NCBI GenBank assembly: GCA_951812995.1
Contig: CATOTD010000003.1
Location: forward strand, 152,825 to 216,824
Direction of reading: 5' to 3'
Length of the DNA: 64,000 nucleotides
From: an uncultured Gammaproteobacteria bacterium
GTDB lineage: Bacteria > Pseudomonadota > Gammaproteobacteria > Eutrophobiales > Eutrophobiaceae
The position numbers and the translations under genes are program-made. Positions 61,290 through 64,000 of this stretch are shown one piece after another (the first letter of the stretch is position 1; each line of letters opens with the position of its first letter). The notes beneath the pieces were generated by a model, which saw only the letters and a program-made list of their open reading frames with translations, was not told the origin of the DNA and made no database searches.

Positions 61290-62489
61290 TTACAAGCGTA
61301 CACGTTGATCCATTAATGTAAAACCTTGGGGGGCGTAATCATACTTTTTAGTCAGCGCCATCACCTTAAAACGCTCACCCATGGCTTCAGGCATCGTTAG
61401 CGTACGTACTTGTTGTGCTATTTTTGTTTGTGTTTTGATATCATCCGCATGCACTTTTGCAAGTAAACTCTCCAAGCCGCAAGCGCACAAGAAGTAAGTT
61501 TGATTCGTATAACCACTGACATGCAAGCCTATCGAATCGGCACACTCAGCAACAGCAGTGAAATTGACGGAACTCGTTATATCTTGCAGCCCAGCATAGA
61601 AGAATGGATCATCATGCACCCGATGTCGATAATGGCACAACAAACTGCCAGCCGTTTTTTTTGGATGATAATACTCTGCTGCGCAATCGCCATAGTCAAT
61701 GAACAACATTACGCCTCGCGCAAGCGTCCGCTCTAAAGCACGCAACCATGACCCAAGACGGATATTGATCTCAGATATGAACCCTGCTGGCAATAGCACG
61801 GATAATGTATCCTCAAGTCGTCGCAGTTCCTCTGTGAGACTGCTATCGGCCACCGTTTCAACCCAGATAAAATCGTTGTCATCAAAACCGACTTTTAATT
61901 CTCTATAACCATCCGCCGTCTTTCTAAATCGTTTCACCGGCAATGCATCTAACACTTCGTTTGCCAATATAATGCCCGATACACCTGCCGCTGGTAATGC
62001 GTCTAACCAGACAACGCGATCGATGTAATGAGGGAGTGCTTCATTAATGAGTGCTTGTTGTCGTTGTTTTAGATCAGCACTTACCTCAAGGATGAAATAC
62101 TGTTCGGGTAATGTATTTTGCTTTTCTAATGCCAGCAACAGATCTCTCGCCATGATGCCCGTACCAGCACCTAGCTCCAAGATTGCGCCTGCTCCGATTA
62201 TATCTAATATTTGTGCACATTGATTCGCCAGGCATTGTGAAAATAGCGACGATAATTCTGGTGCCGTAACAAAGTCGCCCTCTGGTCCAAATTTACGACT
62301 GCCCGCACTGTAGTAACCTAAACCAGGTTCGTACAATGCCATATTCATGTATTCGTCAAAACCAATCATGCCGCCTTGCTTGCGTATAGACGTTTTAATG
62401 TGCTCAATTAGCATTCCACTTTGTCGCAATGCAACAGGTCCTGGCAGCGGCAGTTTTGTTTCAGCCTGTAATGGACTTGATTTTATCAT
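61290..62489 (-). CDS. Class I SAM-dependent methyltransferase, DUF185 / MidA (NDUFAF7-like) family
   Basis: YYSAGSRKFGPEGDFVTAPELSSLFSQCLA...ILELGAGTGIMARDLLLAL... matches the DUF185 family architecture. The ORF is open to 62594, but the internal Met at 62489 (MIKSSPLQ...) is preceded by a purine-rich RBS-like stretch and is the likelier start. Confidence 0.75.
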   Translation of the reverse strand: MIKSSPLQAETKLPLPGPVALRQSGMLIEHIKTSIRKQGGMIGFDEYMNMALYEPGLGYYSAGSRKFGPEGDFVTAPELSSLFSQCLANQCAQILDIIGAGAILELGAGTGIMARDLLLALEKQNTLPEQYFILEVSADLKQRQQALINEALPHYIDRVVWLDALPAAGVSGIILANEVLDALPVKRFRKTADGYRELKVGFDDNDFIWVETVADSSLTEELRRLEDTLSVLLPAGFISEINIRLGSWLRALERTLARGVMLFIDYGDCAAEYYHPKKTAGSLLCHYRHRVHDDPFFYAGLQDITSSVNFTAVAECADSIGLHVSGYTNQTYFLCACGLESLLAKVHADDIKTQTKIAQQVRTLTMPEAMGERFKVMALTKKYDYAPQGFTLMDQRVRL

Positions 62490-62742
62490 GACAATACCCT
62501 TGTTATTCTGTTGCTGATGATCCAATTTCTGATGATCCAATCTGTAGGTGCCACTCTTAACGAGTGACACATTGGCCGTCTGCGTTATGCGCACCGCTTT
62601 CTATCCAAACGCATGACAATATATAAATCCGGTAGCTGACCACAGCCCTTGATGTTGGCAATCGTGGTAACCGTTAGGTCTATGGTGACTGAAACGGTGT
62701 ACTTGGCAAAGGTCGGGTGTTGGGCAAACAATACATCGGCTG

Positions 62743-62919
62743 CTATCCCGGGATCTCACCAGCCGAGCCTTGGGTACCATCCTGCCAGGTAAATGCACCA
62801 CGTCTGGCTAATTGACCATCGCCTTGTTGGTCGGTGACCGACTCATGGGTTAATGAGATACTAACTATGCCCGCATCCGTAGTTAGTATAAAACCTTTTC
62901 CCGGATGATAAGTTGCCAT
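62743..62919 (-). CDS. Hypothetical small protein (58 aa), possibly a gene remnant
   Basis: ATG...TAG ORF MATYHPGKGFILTTDAGIVSISLTHESVTDQQGDGQLARRGAFTWQDGTQGSAGEIPG. No recognisable domain. It lies in the DUF185 upstream region. Confidence 0.15.
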   Translation of the reverse strand: MATYHPGKGFILTTDAGIVSISLTHESVTDQQGDGQLARRGAFTWQDGTQGSAGEIPG

Positions 62920-62993
62920 TGGTATGGGAATTATGTATTTAACTTGACAAAATAACTGATTATTTTACTTCTTTTAGTGTGGGTTGAGATAGC

Positions 62994-63365
62994 CCCAAAA
63001 ACTGTGTAACTGCTTATCATTGATTATTGCCCCGAAGGGGCTGAGGATAAGCACATGCAACCCGAAGCAATCAAGTCACTGGCACGTGAAACTGAAAGGG
63101 GCATCAAAACCGCAGAAGACCTGCATACGTTCCGTCAGGCATTGACCAGGGTAAGCATTGAGACAGCGCTGAATGCCGAGCTTGATGAACACCTTGGCTA
63201 TGCCAGGCATGAGTAGGCCGGAAAATCCAATAGCCGCAATGGTCGCAGTCATAAAATGCTGCGCACTGAAGAGGGCGTATTCGAGCTGGAAACACCCCGC
63301 GACAGAAAGGGTAGCTTTGCGCCAGCACTGGTCAAGCAGCACCCATCTGGAAGCCTCTAAAAACC
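62994..63365 (+). mobile_element. IS256-family element, 5' end only (terminal repeat + N-terminal ~105 codons of transposase), truncated by an IS5-family insertion
   Basis: Terminal repeat ccccaaaaactgtgtaactgc at 62994..63013, matching the repeat at 55592..55612. The transposase N-terminus starts at 63055 (MQPEAIKSLARETERGIKTAEDLHTFRQALTRVSIETALNAELDEHLGYARHE, then TAG, then [42 protein letters not shown]). It is complementary to the portion missing from the minus-strand IS256 copy. Confidence 0.6.
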
Positions 63366-63416
63366 GTACATTTTGTGGTACGATCTGATTCACTTGATGT
63401 GGGAGGATTTTGTTTA

Positions 63417-64000
63417 TGCACGCACCCGGATTGTTTGATTTGACGGATCATTTGGCGCGGCTTTCGGCGATGGGAGATCCGCTTGAGGTTTTGGAGCGGC
63501 ACGTTGATTTCGAAGTGTTTCGCCCAGTTCTTGTTGAAGCACTTGGCTATGGGGAACGTCCCAAAGGTGGTCGCCCGCCCTATGATGCCGTTGTGATGTT
63601 CAAGGTGCTGGTCTTGGCCTCGATGCACAATCTGAGCGATGAGCGGATGGAGTTTCTCATTCGTGACCGTTTCAGTTGGTTGCGGTTCCTGGGATTTCAA
63701 ATCGGGGAGCCGACACCTGATCAGAAGACGATCTGGCTTTTCAGAGAGAAGCTGACCCAGGCGGGTGTCTTCAAGGCCCTTTTTGCCGCGTTTGAAGCTC
63801 AGCTGTGCGCGCGGGGATACAAACCGACCGGCGGTCAGATTGTGGATGCCACGTTGGTCTTTGCCCCGCGCCAGCGGATGACGAAAGCAGAGAAAGCGCG
63901 CGCCAAGGCAGGCGAGGCCGCATCTGACATCTGGCCCGATGATCTGTCCAAGGCAGCGCAGAAAGACACCGATGCGCGTTGGACGGTCAAGTATTCAAAG
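63417..64000 (+). CDS. IS5-family (IS5-group) DDE transposase, N-terminal part; continues beyond the window
   Basis: MHAPGLFDLTDHLARLSAMGDPLEVLERHVDFEVFRPVLVEALGYGERPKGGRPPYDAVVMFKVLVLASMHNLSDERMEFLIRDRFSWLRFLGF...GQIVDATLVFAPRQ...KDTDARWTVKYSK. This is the classic IS5 transposase N-terminal region. The ORF is open at the window end. Confidence 0.75.

Noticed and set aside
62601-62801. 66-aa ORF on the minus strand (MVHLPGRMVPKARLV...)
   Set aside because: Cys/His/Arg-rich low-complexity translation with no start context. It overlaps the alternative small ORF and the DUF185 upstream region. Likely spurious.
55618-63365. Amber (TAG) codon reassignment or programmed read-through suggested by four in-frame TAGs in transposases
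   Set aside because: The same pseudogenes also contain frameshifts and an in-frame TAA. Giant gene 1 uses TAG as its terminator at the position where gene 2 uses TAA. Housekeeping genes here end in TAA. Simple IS decay explains the data; it is kept only as a low-priority finding.

Overview
The window is dominated by two tandem, same-strand (minus) giant genes for type-I-secretion-style repetitive adhesins: a 44.2-kb ORF (298..44490, 14,730 aa, about 1.5 MDa) and a 10.5-kb paralog (44837..55372, 3,511 aa). They share a conserved N-terminal Bap-like prefix domain, arrays of bacterial Ig-like domains, RTX GGxGxD nonapeptide blocks, LVIVD-type beta-propeller repeats, and a C-terminal T1SS-type secretion domain. 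In the big gene a supermodule of about 1,250 aa (RTX block, T1SS-C-terminal-like domain, LVIVD propeller, roughly 130-aa linker domain) is iterated 8 times; the paralog has 2. Both genes are preceded by a conserved roughly 170-bp leader/promoter block and followed by an identical roughly 135-bp 3' flank, so the whole cassette has been duplicated. The coding DNA contains perfect kb-scale tandem repeats (1.67 kb x2, 300 bp x5). Upstream of the paralog lies an IS graveyard: an IS256-family remnant with a nested IS5-family element, then a decayed IS3-family element. All their transposase genes carry in-frame stops and frameshifts. Then comes a small housekeeping island: cca (+), uppP/bacA (-), and a DUF185/MidA-type SAM methyltransferase (-). 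The island is followed by the complementary N-terminal half of an IS256 transposase on the opposite strand and an IS5-family transposase running off the window end, which suggests an IS-mediated inversion. No rRNA, tRNA or CRISPR loci are evident; no T1SS transporter genes are present in the window. Coordinates I derived by hand may be off by 1-3 nt.
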